Source: a virus
Length of the DNA stretch: 64,000 nt
Strand: one strand, 5' to 3'
Virus record (IMG/VR): IMGVR_UViG_3300031784_000013
Span: 32,001 to 96,000 of that record
This document shows, piece by piece, positions 18,461 through 29,084 of this stretch. Within the stretch, counting starts at the first letter, position 1. Every line of letters starts with the position of its first letter. The notes below the pieces were generated by a model. The model saw only the letters and a program-made list of their open reading frames with translations. It made no database searches and was not told the DNA's origin. The position numbers and the translations under genes were made by a program.

Positions 18461-19425
18461 ACAGAAGCGAGTTTCTTAGATTTCAACTTTTGTTCTAGAG
18501 TGATTAGTTCGTCCTGATTATCATCATTAGCTAAGAACTTCACCAACTCTTCTTCATCTTTTGCCACTTCATATTCACCTTCAAAGACACGTCCACTGGA
18601 CTTAACTCTGTAAACTGAATGTGCAATAGCTTGCTTAACCAAATCTTTGATATGGAGTAAATTTTCCTTCATGTCTGCAAATCTGTTAAACACTTCGATT
18701 GTTGACAATCCTTGGTATTTACCAGACTTGAATTCAGTCTGCTTGAGAATGTTATCCACTTGATTGTATACAAAATCTTCTTTAGAATCTTCTGTAACTG
18801 GAAGTCCTAAAAGTCTTGCAACTTTTCTTTTCTTCTCAGGAGACATTGTATCAAACTTGGAGATTGCCTTGTTGATCAATTGCTTCTTCTTGAAGATTAC
18901 AGCATTTTCGATATCATCATCTACAACGTAGAATTGTGTATCTGCTGGATAGTCACCTCTTTCCCATGCTTGGTAAGAACTAGCAACAGTTGGATGAACT
19001 CTCAACCAAGAGAACGCAAGTTCTTGAAAAGGTACTGTCAAATCGAAGTAGTTATCACCATCAAGAAGTTTTACAGTTTGGACGTGAGTAGTGTCATCCG
19101 CAGATTTTGATAAGCCGTAGTTCCAGAAAATAGCTCTTGGTCCAAGATCTATTCCTCCTAAAGCATTTTCAAGTTTCTCTCTTAGTTCTTTTACACGTTC
19201 AACTTCTAGCTCACGCTCAGTAGGATCTGCAATTCTTTTGATGTAAGCAGCGTCAGGATCTAAACCTGTTCTGTATCGTCCATCAAGTTCCTTGTAAGGA
19301 TATTTAAAAACTCCAGTTCCTGGAATTCTTGATAGTCCTCTTTGTGATAATCCTCCTTGCATGGTTTGCATGCCAGCACTGTTGTACTCCTTCTTAATCG
19401 TGGAGATTTTCCCTAATTTACCCAT
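18457..19425 (-). CDS. Conserved crAss-like protein immediately downstream of MCP
   Basis: 322 aa; YRTGLD and WLRVHPTVASS motifs; conserved gene order. Confidence 0.55.
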   Translation of the reverse strand: MGKLGKISTIKKEYNSAGMQTMQGGLSQRGLSRIPGTGVFKYPYKELDGRYRTGLDPDAAYIKRIADPTERELEVERVKELREKLENALGGIDLGPRAIFWNYGLSKSADDTTHVQTVKLLDGDNYFDLTVPFQELAFSWLRVHPTVASSYQAWERGDYPADTQFYVVDDDIENAVIFKKKQLINKAISKFDTMSPEKKRKVARLLGLPVTEDSKEDFVYNQVDNILKQTEFKSGKYQGLSTIEVFNRFADMKENLLHIKDLVKQAIAHSVYRVKSSGRVFEGEYEVAKDEEELVKFLANDDNQDELITLEQKLKSKKLASV

Positions 19426-19518
19426 TACGTAGTTATTTGATTATTATTGGTTTGTTTGCAGAGTGCGCCAATCAAATGGCTAGGCTCACTGACCCGCACT
19501 CTGTTTTAAAGAGCAATA

Positions 19519-19552
19519 AAACTCCCCTCATGGTTGACACGAGGGGAGATTT
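19519..19552 (-). terminator. Intrinsic terminator after MCP
   Basis: CTCCCCTC...GAGGGGAG stem with a U-tract on the minus strand. Confidence 0.7.
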
Positions 19553-19556
19553 TATA

Positions 19557-21110
19557 TTAGAACTGTGGAATTTCTTCGATTAGAACAGTTCGTGACAAGT
19601 CTTCGATGAATACATCGCAACGATCTTGCATCCAGATTTCATAGCCTGGGAATTTGTTGGCAGAAGACATACCCTGAGACTTAGCAAAGCCAAGGTGGTG
19701 TCTACGTCCATCGATATAACCCCAAGTCATAGAAGGAGCACCTTTCATTCTCACTTCACGAATGTTGTTCACCATAGAGCCATCAGACATTGGAGACACA
19801 TCAAATACCATGAACACTGGAGTTGACTTCTTGTTCTGTCCAAATTCCAAGTTGGATTGAGGAAGATCAAGTTCTTTCAAGTGGATAAGTTCCACACGAC
19901 CAGTTTCACGAGTAACCATTGCATCGAATGCAAAGTTATAAGTGATGTGTTGTCCTTCTCCTTGCATGTATCTGTTTCCAGAATCTGCCATGAAGGTAAG
20001 GCCAGAGTTCAATGCATCAGTTTTCAAAGCCTGCTGGAACACGTCAAAGCCAGCTTCGTTAGTGTACATTTTCACTCGTCTGTCCTTAACATCCACACGT
20101 CTGTAGAACAAGTCTCCAAACACGGAACGGATAAGGTTTGCAGAGAATTCTCCACGGTTGTATTGTACCAAGTTACCATTGTTACGCATTCTGTGATAAA
20201 CACCAGCAGATACACGCTTCAATTCTTGCTTAGATCCATTAGTTTTTACAGTGCCTGGCTTAGACCAGATCATTCGCTTCACCTTAAGTTCAAGCATTGC
20301 TTTTCTCAACATGAATTCTACGAATGGCTCCCACTTAACATCGTTACGAGTTAGAGGAAGTTGGTTTCTACGCTGAGGAGCATACACCAAGATATCAAGA
20401 GGCTTACCAGAAGCATCACGCATAGTCTTGTCATCAGCCCATGCAGTAACTTGGTGCTCAAAACCATATCCAGAACCAAGAGATTCGAACATAGTGATTT
20501 TCTCACCAAGTCTTGGTAAACCAAGAAGGTCCTGATCAAATTCACCAATTGCAGCATCAACTAGTTCTAGTTCAATACCAATTTGCAAGAAGGTAGGGCT
20601 TACAAAGTCTAGGATTGGGTTGTCAGACACCAATGTAAAGGTGTAAAGGAAACCTGCATTCCAAGGAACTGGATCTTTTACAGCATACCATCTTGGACCA
20701 TACTGACGAGAACCTACAGAAACGATAGCGTTCTTAGAGAATTCGTTAGTGTCCAATACCACCTGAAACTCCTGACCATCGATACCTGGCTTGCTCAACT
20801 CAGCAGTGGAGCTAGGGATGTCAATGATTTTAGGGAATTTGTAAGGAACTTGAACGTCCCACTTCCAAGAATCGCTGTTGTTGTCGATGTAGTAAGGAGT
20901 GGACTTGTTGATCATATCAAGGAAGTCGTTGCTGTACAATGAGCTCTGAGTGTACAAGGAGATGATCTTCTTGTCATAGTCAGCTGGCTCAGTGGAGTGA
21001 AACGACTCCAAGTGATTTGAATCAGTTAGCTTTCCTACGGCACGTTTGTCCATTGACGCAACGCGAGCATAGGTAAAGCCTGTTAAACCTGGGATTGTTT
21101 GAATTGCCAT
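19557..21110 (-). CDS. Major capsid protein
   Basis: 517 aa, two genes downstream of portal, followed by a terminator; size and order match crAss-like MCP. Confidence 0.8.
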   Translation of the reverse strand: MAIQTIPGLTGFTYARVASMDKRAVGKLTDSNHLESFHSTEPADYDKKIISLYTQSSLYSNDFLDMINKSTPYYIDNNSDSWKWDVQVPYKFPKIIDIPSSTAELSKPGIDGQEFQVVLDTNEFSKNAIVSVGSRQYGPRWYAVKDPVPWNAGFLYTFTLVSDNPILDFVSPTFLQIGIELELVDAAIGEFDQDLLGLPRLGEKITMFESLGSGYGFEHQVTAWADDKTMRDASGKPLDILVYAPQRRNQLPLTRNDVKWEPFVEFMLRKAMLELKVKRMIWSKPGTVKTNGSKQELKRVSAGVYHRMRNNGNLVQYNRGEFSANLIRSVFGDLFYRRVDVKDRRVKMYTNEAGFDVFQQALKTDALNSGLTFMADSGNRYMQGEGQHITYNFAFDAMVTRETGRVELIHLKELDLPQSNLEFGQNKKSTPVFMVFDVSPMSDGSMVNNIREVRMKGAPSMTWGYIDGRRHHLGFAKSQGMSSANKFPGYEIWMQDRCDVFIEDLSRTVLIEEIPQF

Positions 21111-21134
21111 TGTTTTAAGCTTTGTTTATTTAAT

Positions 21135-22370
21135 TTATAAGAACCATGAGTTCGCTTTTCCAGAATTGCCACCAGAACCAGGTTTTTTACTAGTCTGTCT
21201 CGCAACTTCCTCAAACAACTGAGTTGACTTCTTAGTCACCCCTGTTCTTTGAATGGTAGATAGTGTAGGATCTTTTTCCAAGATTTTCAGAAGAAGTCCC
21301 ACCTTAACTTTTAAAGCGTGATTCTCAGGTCTCTTGAGCTCCAGGATAGTCTTGTCAAAATCTGTCAGGGTTTCTCCTGACGTAGTTTTGTACTTATCTA
21401 CCAAAAGGAAGTCTTGTAGTTCTGATGCCAATTTGGTGTTTAATGGAATTCCATCAAACTCCTTTGTTTTCAATTTGTCTTGAAGGACAGACTGAACGTT
21501 TTGTATATACTGATTTCGAATCATTGCTTTCTGATGAAGATGTTGTTCAGCTTGTTGCTCCATTTGTTGCAACTTTACTGCCTCTTTCTTAACAAGCACT
21601 TTGTGATGCTTGCTAGCAACTGTTTCTAAATCACCGTAGCTTCTAAGCCTTTCAACTTCTGTTGTGATGTCCTCACTATCAAATCCCTGGTCTGCCAGAG
21701 CTTGTTTGATCACCTTCACTTGGTTGTCTTCATTGGACAAGTCCAATTCAGCAAAACTCACTACACTGTTATATACGCCAAAATAATCTTTAGGGTCTAC
21801 ACCCTTTACAAATATGGCATCAAACGCTTTCTGGTAATCCTCTCCAAACTGACCAATGAAATTATCAACAATCTCGATTGCACCTTTTTTCTTCTCTGCA
21901 TTGAACTTCTCCAGGAATTGTTCTGGTGTCTCAATAACTGTATCCTCTTCATCATCATCTTGTGTAAAAACACCAAGTTTGAAAAGGTCCTTCGATAGAG
22001 AAACAAATGGGGATTCTGATGCATCATCTTCTTCTTCATCAGCTTTCACTTCTGGTTTAGCTGGTGCTGCAACATTATCGTCTTCTTCCTCATCATCATC
22101 GTCTCCAAGAAAGTTTTTCAAAACATCTTGTGGAGTGGTTTCCTCACCATCTAGCTTTTGGACAACTTCCTTACCTTTAGAAACTTCTGGTTTTTTAGGA
22201 GCTTGGGGTTCATCAGCTGTCTTTACGATTGCTTCTAGTTTATCAGGATCTTCTGTAGAAGTTTCTGGAGAAAACAAGTCGCTTAACAATTCTGTGTTAC
22301 CCACTCCCATTCCCAACGTTTCTTCAATACCAAAGTTACCAAATGACGGAGTGTCTAGGTTGTCTGCCAT
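21135..22370 (-). CDS. Acidic scaffold-like protein
   Basis: Strongly acidic disordered N-half and helical C-half, between portal and MCP. Confidence 0.6.
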   Translation of the reverse strand: MADNLDTPSFGNFGIEETLGMGVGNTELLSDLFSPETSTEDPDKLEAIVKTADEPQAPKKPEVSKGKEVVQKLDGEETTPQDVLKNFLGDDDDEEEDDNVAAPAKPEVKADEEEDDASESPFVSLSKDLFKLGVFTQDDDEEDTVIETPEQFLEKFNAEKKKGAIEIVDNFIGQFGEDYQKAFDAIFVKGVDPKDYFGVYNSVVSFAELDLSNEDNQVKVIKQALADQGFDSEDITTEVERLRSYGDLETVASKHHKVLVKKEAVKLQQMEQQAEQHLHQKAMIRNQYIQNVQSVLQDKLKTKEFDGIPLNTKLASELQDFLLVDKYKTTSGETLTDFDKTILELKRPENHALKVKVGLLLKILEKDPTLSTIQRTGVTKKSTQLFEEVARQTSKKPGSGGNSGKANSWFL

Positions 22371-22502
22371 ATATGTAGTTAATTATTTGATTGGTTTATT
22401 GATATAAATGTACTTTCGTTTATAAAATAATCAAATAAGGAATAATCAAAATTGTTGTTTTTTTGACACGTATAGCATTAACTATACTTTTTCCTATATT
22501 TT

Positions 22503-25097
22503 TTATTTTTTATTGTTTTTTGACGCTCTATTGCTAGCATTTATTTTAGCCACTTCAACATCATTCTTCATGTTCTCTCTAGCAACATTTAGCTTTTCTT
22601 TTTCAAGTTGCATCTTCTGCATAGCCTGATTGTTTTTAGATTGAATATCTTGCATCTTTATTTGATATTCTTGAGCTGCTTTAGACTGCTGCATAGATAG
22701 ATTTGATATCTCTAATATGTCAGGAGTGCCTGATTGATCAGCATCTTGTGTTGCTGCCTCACCTCTAGCAGAAGCATTAATAAGAGCAATCTCTTTCTTA
22801 TTAATTCTATCAAGTTCTTGCTGATAGTTTTGATTAGCAAGTTCTTCTTGTTTCTGCTGTTGTTGTGCTTGTAGTTGAGCAGCTGCAATTTGTTGCTGTT
22901 GTTCAAGCTGTTGCTGTTGCATTTGCATCTGCTGATCCTGCATTTGCTGCTGACGATCTTTGAGAGTTTTGAATGTTTTCTTCATCTCTCTCATAGACTT
23001 AGTGGAATACAATTCTATTACATCATATAGTGTGCCACCATTCTGAATGACAGCCTGAGACAACTGACGCAATTCGTTGAACATTTGTGTATCTTCTGGT
23101 CTGTTTGTTACAAACACTTTCAAATCACGTAGTTTCAAATCATTACCATTCACTTGTATAAATGCAGATTCTCCTTCTGATGTAATGTATGATAGTGTAG
23201 ACATAGGCTTAGCACTCTCTACATATTGTGCAGCATCTACAATAGCCTGATATAACTGACCTAATACATACTCGTGTGCGATGAATAGAGGCTCTGTCTG
23301 GGCATATGACTGACTGACAGCTGTGTTGACACCTGTCGCAGATTCGCTCGCTTGTACGCTTCCTAAACGCTGTCTAGACATGCCTATAAGTTCCCAGCAT
23401 TCATTCTTAAGTTGTAATGCAAGGTTATATCTAGATTGGATTTCACTAGTTCTTGTAAGGTCTATGTTTCTTGCAATGGTGGTGTTAGACACAGCAGCTT
23501 TTGTGTTCTCTGGGCTGTCATCATCAAATATAATACCACGCTCTCTTGCTTCCATTTCCCATACATCTAGAGCATCCTGGTCATCACCATCTTTTAATCT
23601 AGGAACACGTCTAATGTTTACAGAAGCAACGTTACCAATTTCCTTTTCCAACAATTTGTACAATTGATTCATACAAATGTTATATAAAACTTGGAATGGC
23701 TTCATCAAATCCACTAATGACTTAGCTTCTGTGTTCTTCACCTCAAATGTTGTACCTATGATAGGACAATAGTTAAGGATTTTTAGAGGTTTGATGTGGT
23801 AGATGTCTGGACCAATTTTAGTTCCTTGATACCACTGGTTAATCCATCCCCATTCTAGAGAGATTTGTGTAGGTATGGTGCCTGATTTATAGTTTTCGTC
23901 TACAAGAACAGTTTGATCATTACCCATTTCGTCTACGTAGGATAATTTACCAATCTTTCTCTTAGAAATCCAATATGCTCTAACAACAACGTATTTGTAT
24001 CCAAATGAAGACACGTTAGATGTCAAGCCCAAGAAGTCTTTCAAGCCATCATTGTTCTCTTTCATTTCACTTTCAATCATCATTCTTGTCTGTAGGACAA
24101 GAGGATCGAATGTGTCGTATTGAATGGAATCAATGCCTGGTGTAGCATCAGGATTACCAAGATTGGATTCACGAACGTTAATAAGTCCGTAGTCTTGCAA
24201 TGAGCTTCGTAGGTGATCAATCTCTTCTTTAGTAAGATCAGGAATGCTCTCAATAATCTCTGACAATTCCATAACTTGCACAGTACCAGCAGCATACGCT
24301 CCTTGGTTTCTTCCTGTAGGATCAGAAATCCACTTTCTATCTGGTGTTGTTAAGAACCATGTGTTCTTTGGGTTGGCCACTTCTATGTTAAATCCAAGCT
24401 TGGAGTTGTCTTCATAGATGTGATAGAACTCTCTAGCAGAAATAAGCATGTCTCTGAATGCATCTTCACTCTTTTCTTTAAGATTGAATTCTGCTTTCTG
24501 ACATGTCAAAATGTGGTTGGCCCATTTCTCTGCTACAGATGTGTAAGAATCGAGTTGATCCTTCACCTGCTCCATTGTAATTTGTTCTAGCTGCTCTTCA
24601 TCAACTTCTTGACCCTGCATAGCTAGTTTCTCTAATATGCCCTGTCTTGCTTGAGAAATAATAAACTCTTGCAGAACATTTGTTTTGAATTGTAATTCTT
24701 CAGACTGGCTATCATCATCAAATGCCTTTACACGAAATGTATCTGGACGCTTAGATATTTCGCCTACAAGCTCATTGATTGGTGTCGTTACAATAGAATA
24801 ATGTTTTACATAAGCAGGAAGTCCTAGATCGCCTTGTAGTATTTCTGTAAATGATTTTACATCTGGCTCCTGATAAAAGTCCTCCATTCTCAGGATGCCT
24901 TTTACAAGGTCATAATTTTTAACAAACGTGTCACGATTCTTCATGTATTCCGCATATGATTTGTTTGCGAAATAATCCATCGTGTTTTTTACCCAACTCT
25001 CATCCTGCTTTTCTTTCTCCGTCTTAAATTGATCAGGAAAAATGTTAAGATAGGCATATCGTATGGTTGCGTCCTTTGTATATCTAATGATTGCCAT
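22503..25097 (-). CDS. Portal protein
   Basis: 864 aa after terminase; KSLVDLMKPFQVLYN and ELIGMSRQRLG motifs; Gln-rich coiled-coil tail. Confidence 0.85.
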   Translation of the reverse strand: MAIIRYTKDATIRYAYLNIFPDQFKTEKEKQDESWVKNTMDYFANKSYAEYMKNRDTFVKNYDLVKGILRMEDFYQEPDVKSFTEILQGDLGLPAYVKHYSIVTTPINELVGEISKRPDTFRVKAFDDDSQSEELQFKTNVLQEFIISQARQGILEKLAMQGQEVDEEQLEQITMEQVKDQLDSYTSVAEKWANHILTCQKAEFNLKEKSEDAFRDMLISAREFYHIYEDNSKLGFNIEVANPKNTWFLTTPDRKWISDPTGRNQGAYAAGTVQVMELSEIIESIPDLTKEEIDHLRSSLQDYGLINVRESNLGNPDATPGIDSIQYDTFDPLVLQTRMMIESEMKENNDGLKDFLGLTSNVSSFGYKYVVVRAYWISKRKIGKLSYVDEMGNDQTVLVDENYKSGTIPTQISLEWGWINQWYQGTKIGPDIYHIKPLKILNYCPIIGTTFEVKNTEAKSLVDLMKPFQVLYNICMNQLYKLLEKEIGNVASVNIRRVPRLKDGDDQDALDVWEMEARERGIIFDDDSPENTKAAVSNTTIARNIDLTRTSEIQSRYNLALQLKNECWELIGMSRQRLGSVQASESATGVNTAVSQSYAQTEPLFIAHEYVLGQLYQAIVDAAQYVESAKPMSTLSYITSEGESAFIQVNGNDLKLRDLKVFVTNRPEDTQMFNELRQLSQAVIQNGGTLYDVIELYSTKSMREMKKTFKTLKDRQQQMQDQQMQMQQQQLEQQQQIAAAQLQAQQQQKQEELANQNYQQELDRINKKEIALINASARGEAATQDADQSGTPDILEISNLSMQQSKAAQEYQIKMQDIQSKNNQAMQKMQLEKEKLNVARENMKNDVEVAKINASNRASKNNKK

Positions 25098-27121
25098 TAT
25101 GAAAATAATTTATTTTTTCTCGTATTGAACATATTTCTAGAGCTGCTGAATAGCGTATTGCTCTTTAATTTCTTACTGTACAGCGACTTCACTCTATCAT
25201 CATTTGTTCCACCAATCTTTCCAAATATGGGGTCCATCTTAAGTGCCTGAGCTATAGCTAGTTCTGCTGCAATAATCCTATCGAAGTTGCCTTCATCATT
25301 ATACTGAATGATTTCTTCAAGCAACATGGGATCAAACATCTTGCTCACACCTGTAACTTCTTTAGTTACATTTCCTTGATCATCCTTCTCAGAATAAATA
25401 ACATCCTCCATGTATCTCTTTAGACATGTATGTAGGTAGTCAATTATTTTCTGGGCTGATCTGTGAATACCATACTCTCGTTTTACGGTAGTATTTGGAA
25501 CCACTTCTAACAACCATTGTGGTTGCTTCTCTAGATAATGAGCATCACCCTTACTCTTCATGTATTCGATGAAAGAAATATCATCATTTTCACAGAGAGC
25601 CCTAGCGTTGTAATATTTAATTAGTAATCTAGCCTGTTCTTCCCACGTTTCCTTCTTATCAGGTCTTGCACAATACGAAGCTACGAACATATCCTGATAT
25701 TTCTCACCAGTGAGATCATGCATTCTCTTGTAAATATACACAGAACCTAGTGAAGTTGAATACTTTGCCTGTCCTTGTCTGTAGGGGTCAACTCCTGCAA
25801 CATACAATCCATACGGAGGATTCTCTATAGGAAATTCATATATCACTACAGGAGCGTCTTTTGCATCTGTACTCTTGAGAGGAAAGTTTGAAATTGGCAT
25901 CTTGTCTGTGAACTCGTGCCCAATCTTTCCCTCGTCACTAAATAATATAACAGGTGTGCCAGTTCTTTCGTTCTGTAGCAGCCTGATTTTCTGCCTTTTA
26001 GCAGCTTCAATATCAAAGATGTTAGTGTCTTCGTTAAGAAATATGTCATCCACCTTCTGTGGATAATACATTTTTTCTTTCAAATAAGCAACTCTATCGC
26101 CAGCTTTCTTTAGTCTTTCTAGGTTTTCATTGGTGATTTTGTCAGCTTTCTCCTCATCAGACACTAGCATTTGCACATTGTGTAGATCACTAGTTTTTGG
26201 TGCATTGAGATAGCTTCCTAATGTACCAGGTTCTTTGGCTTCCATTCTGTATTTATTAGAAATGAATAAGCCATGCACACGCCTAGTGTCCTCCTCATTG
26301 TTGTATGTCAAGAAGTTGTAATTGTCAACATCAAACATCAATGACTTAGCATCCATGAATCTCTTCATGTCACCTCCTGTACCTGTAAGAATAGGAGAAC
26401 ATCCCCATCCAAACGGTGTTGTAAAGCCAGGAACAGCAGCCTGTAAGCCTCGTAAGAAAGAGCCCTTACCAATCTCGTCAATGATGAGCTTTCGTGGCTT
26501 TGTACCAGCAATAGCTTCTTCGTTATTGCCCTCATCAAGGTTACGTATTAAGATTTGTGAGAAGGGAATACGCTCTCCTCCCTTTGTCTTAATACCTAAC
26601 GTCACTTGATTCTTCCAGTTATCCTCTACACGTTGCCATCTAAAATACTCAGGAAGGAAGTTCAAGCCTTTGTCAAGCTTGTCTGTAATAAGCTTAATAT
26701 CTGGAGCATTCAAGCCAGCAATAACATTCTGAGAGTTCTCATCAAACGTAGCTCCCCACGCAATGTAACTAGCCTCAAGCACAGACTTAGCAAAACGTCT
26801 AATCCCCAAAATGACCAACCCACGCTTCTCAGCATGGGCTCTGTCTATTTCGTTTGTTACTAACCACTCATTGTCTCTTAGAGACGGATTGGCATATTGC
26901 TGGTAGATGCGTCCTCTATCATCCATAACATCCACTTCTGTATGCCATAGATTAAGGTGCCAATACAGGAACGGATTGATAAACACACCATCCATCATAA
27001 ACCCATCAAGACACAGCTTCTTATGAAACTCATAAAAAGGCTTGTATTCCTGTGAACTCTTGTCAGGAAGACGTGTCTGATTAATCAACCATTCACTATA
27101 TGCAACATTTTCTAAATTCAT
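25097..27121 (-). CDS. terL: Terminase large subunit
   Basis: Walker A-like GIRRFAKS, Walker B IIDEIG, TGTGG, nuclease YVAGVDPY and C-terminal GNFDRI. Confidence 0.9.
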   Translation of the reverse strand: MNLENVAYSEWLINQTRLPDKSSQEYKPFYEFHKKLCLDGFMMDGVFINPFLYWHLNLWHTEVDVMDDRGRIYQQYANPSLRDNEWLVTNEIDRAHAEKRGLVILGIRRFAKSVLEASYIAWGATFDENSQNVIAGLNAPDIKLITDKLDKGLNFLPEYFRWQRVEDNWKNQVTLGIKTKGGERIPFSQILIRNLDEGNNEEAIAGTKPRKLIIDEIGKGSFLRGLQAAVPGFTTPFGWGCSPILTGTGGDMKRFMDAKSLMFDVDNYNFLTYNNEEDTRRVHGLFISNKYRMEAKEPGTLGSYLNAPKTSDLHNVQMLVSDEEKADKITNENLERLKKAGDRVAYLKEKMYYPQKVDDIFLNEDTNIFDIEAAKRQKIRLLQNERTGTPVILFSDEGKIGHEFTDKMPISNFPLKSTDAKDAPVVIYEFPIENPPYGLYVAGVDPYRQGQAKYSTSLGSVYIYKRMHDLTGEKYQDMFVASYCARPDKKETWEEQARLLIKYYNARALCENDDISFIEYMKSKGDAHYLEKQPQWLLEVVPNTTVKREYGIHRSAQKIIDYLHTCLKRYMEDVIYSEKDDQGNVTKEVTGVSKMFDPMLLEEIIQYNDEGNFDRIIAAELAIAQALKMDPIFGKIGGTNDDRVKSLYSKKLKSNTLFSSSRNMFNTRKNKLFS

Positions 27122-27450
27122 TTTCTACCCTTAAGAAAATCCTCAGCCATAGAGCCTAGATCTCCGTTACCACGTATTTCAATCTTTGATTCTTCCTTCT
27201 CTCTCAGCTTATCCACCACCTCAAGAAGAGCTAAATAGTTCTTCATGGTCTCTTGAATAAACTTACCCTGGCTCTCAATACTAGCAATCACCATAGGCAG
27301 CATTCCACCCTTAGCTGTAGGCTTCCATTCAATCCTATCCTTCAGCTCATGCATAGGATTAGCATCGACATATTGCTTCCAGCTAGAAAGCTGTTGCTCT
27401 GCCCAATCGAGCTCTGTATTAATGTATGTAGTTTTCTTTGGGGCTGCCAT
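27118..27450 (-). CDS. Hypothetical protein upstream of TerL (possible small terminase)
   Basis: 110-aa helical ORF overlapping the TerL start; function inferred from position only. Confidence 0.4.
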   Translation of the reverse strand: MAAPKKTTYINTELDWAEQQLSSWKQYVDANPMHELKDRIEWKPTAKGGMLPMVIASIESQGKFIQETMKNYLALLEVVDKLREKEESKIEIRGNGDLGSMAEDFLKGRK

Positions 27451-27644
27451 TAGGATAGAGTTACAATTCCCTGCGCAGCTGTTTTCAGCTCTAGCACACT
27501 CACTTGTATAGGGCCACTAAGTAGCTCCTGTATCTGCTTGTTAGCAATCTCCTTGGTCTTGTCATCAATACCAGGAGTGGCGCACAAGGCTGCCAATCTT
27601 TCAATCACGGACATTGATTCCTGTCCAATCATAGCTCTATTCAT
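27450..27644 (-). CDS. Hypothetical protein
   Basis: 64-aa ORF coupled to neighbours. Confidence 0.55.
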   Translation of the reverse strand: MNRAMIGQESMSVIERLAALCATPGIDDKTKEIANKQIQELLSGPIQVSVLELKTAAQGIVTLS

Positions 27645-27903
27645 CTATCAAATTGTTTATATCTTCATCAGAAAGTGGTGTTTGAGGCTCATCAGGAATG
27701 TCTTCTTCTTCTTCCTCAATGGGTTCCTCTGTCATGTATTCCTCTTGCACAATAATATTAATTGTGTCCTGGACATCATCTTGCATTCCCACTATATCTA
27801 CATAATCAGCACCAGCATCATATATATGTGTCAAGGTCTCGATGAGCAGTTGTAAGTTAATCTTACGAAACCTAATCTCTTTATTGTTCTGTCGCTTCGT
27901 CAT
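27637..27903 (-). CDS. Hypothetical acidic protein
   Basis: 88-aa ORF coupled to neighbours. Confidence 0.55.
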   Translation of the reverse strand: MTKRQNNKEIRFRKINLQLLIETLTHIYDAGADYVDIVGMQDDVQDTINIIVQEEYMTEEPIEEEEEDIPDEPQTPLSDEDINNLIDE

Positions 27904-28168
27904 ATTCGTCTTCTTGTTCTCTTGTCATTACAGATGACCACTTGTTAATAGGACACGCACACGATAAGCATTTAGTTTTAGCAGAAAGCGTACATCCACA
28001 ATTTGTACAATGTGCATCAGGACGTATTGTTTTATGACGCTTAGAATGAAACTGACAATCGTCACAAATTGCTATTCTCTGTGCTGCCACCTGTTCTATC
28101 TGTGCCTTTAGTTTTTCTTCTGGAAACAGATTGTTTTTCCAACCTTCGTAAATCTGCGTTAAGCTCAT
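27881..28168 (-). CDS. Cys-rich Zn-binding protein
   Basis: RIAICDDC...CTNCGCTLSAKTKCLSCACPINKW. Confidence 0.65.
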   Translation of the reverse strand: MSLTQIYEGWKNNLFPEEKLKAQIEQVAAQRIAICDDCQFHSKRHKTIRPDAHCTNCGCTLSAKTKCLSCACPINKWSSVMTREQEDEYDEATEQ

Positions 28169-28508
28169 TTATTCTATTGATTAATATTTTACGTTTCAAA
28201 AGCATCTCATCTATCACGTCATTCCATTTCTGAACCTTTGTCTCACTATCAGAGGACGCAATCTTATTTCTAATAGCACGTATCTGAGCATCCATTGTGT
28301 CAAGCTTTTTCTGAGCTGCCTCATCACTCCACCTCAACGTGCCCCATCCAGAAATCTCCACTATCTTATGCTTCTGTGTAGCATTAATGACACTATCAAA
28401 CTGATGCTTAATCACCTCATCAACTATGGAGATGTCTATGTTGAGCTGCTTTGCCAATCGCTTGACAAACCAATCTCTATGAGACATCGAACTAAGCTTT
28501 TCCTCCAT
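28062..28508 (-). CDS. Second HU/IHF-like protein
   Basis: LAKQLNIDISIVDEVIKHQF...VEISGWGTL follows the HU fold pattern. Confidence 0.6.
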   Translation of the reverse strand: MEEKLSSMSHRDWFVKRLAKQLNIDISIVDEVIKHQFDSVINATQKHKIVEISGWGTLRWSDEAAQKKLDTMDAQIRAIRNKIASSDSETKVQKWNDVIDEMLLKRKILINRINELNADLRRLEKQSVSRRKTKGTDRTGGSTENSNL

Positions 28509-28839
28509 GTAAAATCTTTATCTCTAACGAAATGTCATTTGAGAAATCCAACGATATCAACGGATTGACAACAATCTTCCCATCTTTCTTAAGCAAGAGG
28601 TTACGCTTCTTTAGTTTGCTTACCATGTTGTTCACTGTAGCTCCTGTTGTTTGGTAGGTGCTGCAAAACTTCTCTCTATTACTAGGAACAGAAATACTTC
28701 CAGAAACAGCAATGAACGACATCAACTGCACCTCTCTATCTGTAAGCTCCAAATCATTCAATGCAGAAAGAACAGAATAATATCTGTATGACACAGAGGT
28801 GTCATTGTCAAGCTCCTTCTTTAGTCGTTGTACAATCAT
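28492..28839 (-). CDS. Winged-HTH DNA-binding protein, first gene of late operon
   Basis: LTDREVQLM...TVNNMVSKLKKRNLL..DGKIVVNP is a wHTH pattern. Confidence 0.6.
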   Translation of the reverse strand: MIVQRLKKELDNDTSVSYRYYSVLSALNDLELTDREVQLMSFIAVSGSISVPSNREKFCSTYQTTGATVNNMVSKLKKRNLLLKKDGKIVVNPLISLDFSNDISLEIKILHGGKA

Positions 28840-28856
28840 TTCCTTATTGGTTTAAA

Positions 28857-28889
28857 CAAATATAAAACATCCTCCGTGAAAATAACAAA
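28857..28889 (-). promoter_or_regulatory. Bacteroidota-type sigma promoter for late operon
   Basis: Minus strand reads TTTG (28889-28886), 21-nt spacer, TATATTTG (28864-28857), matching the -33 TTTG / -7 TAnnTTTG consensus. Confidence 0.55.
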
Positions 28890-29084
28890 TTTTATTATTT
28901 CTGTTTTTCAATGAGCACCCCGCACTATGTGGTGATTGGGAAGAAGCCCCCCACCAAAATTTTCAAAATTTGGAAAACTATTGTGTCAATGGGGGAGGAG
29001 GTTACTTCCAATAGCAACCCCACGCAAAAATTGAGGGAGTCGAGTGGCTCCCCGTCATGCCAATACACCTAAATCAAAACACAC

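Noticed and set aside
21856-22407. 183-aa Ser-rich plus-strand ORF
   Set aside because: Antisense to the acidic scaffold-like gene.
22850-22960. CAG/CAA triplet run
   Set aside because: Encodes the ordinary Gln-rich coiled-coil tail of the portal protein.
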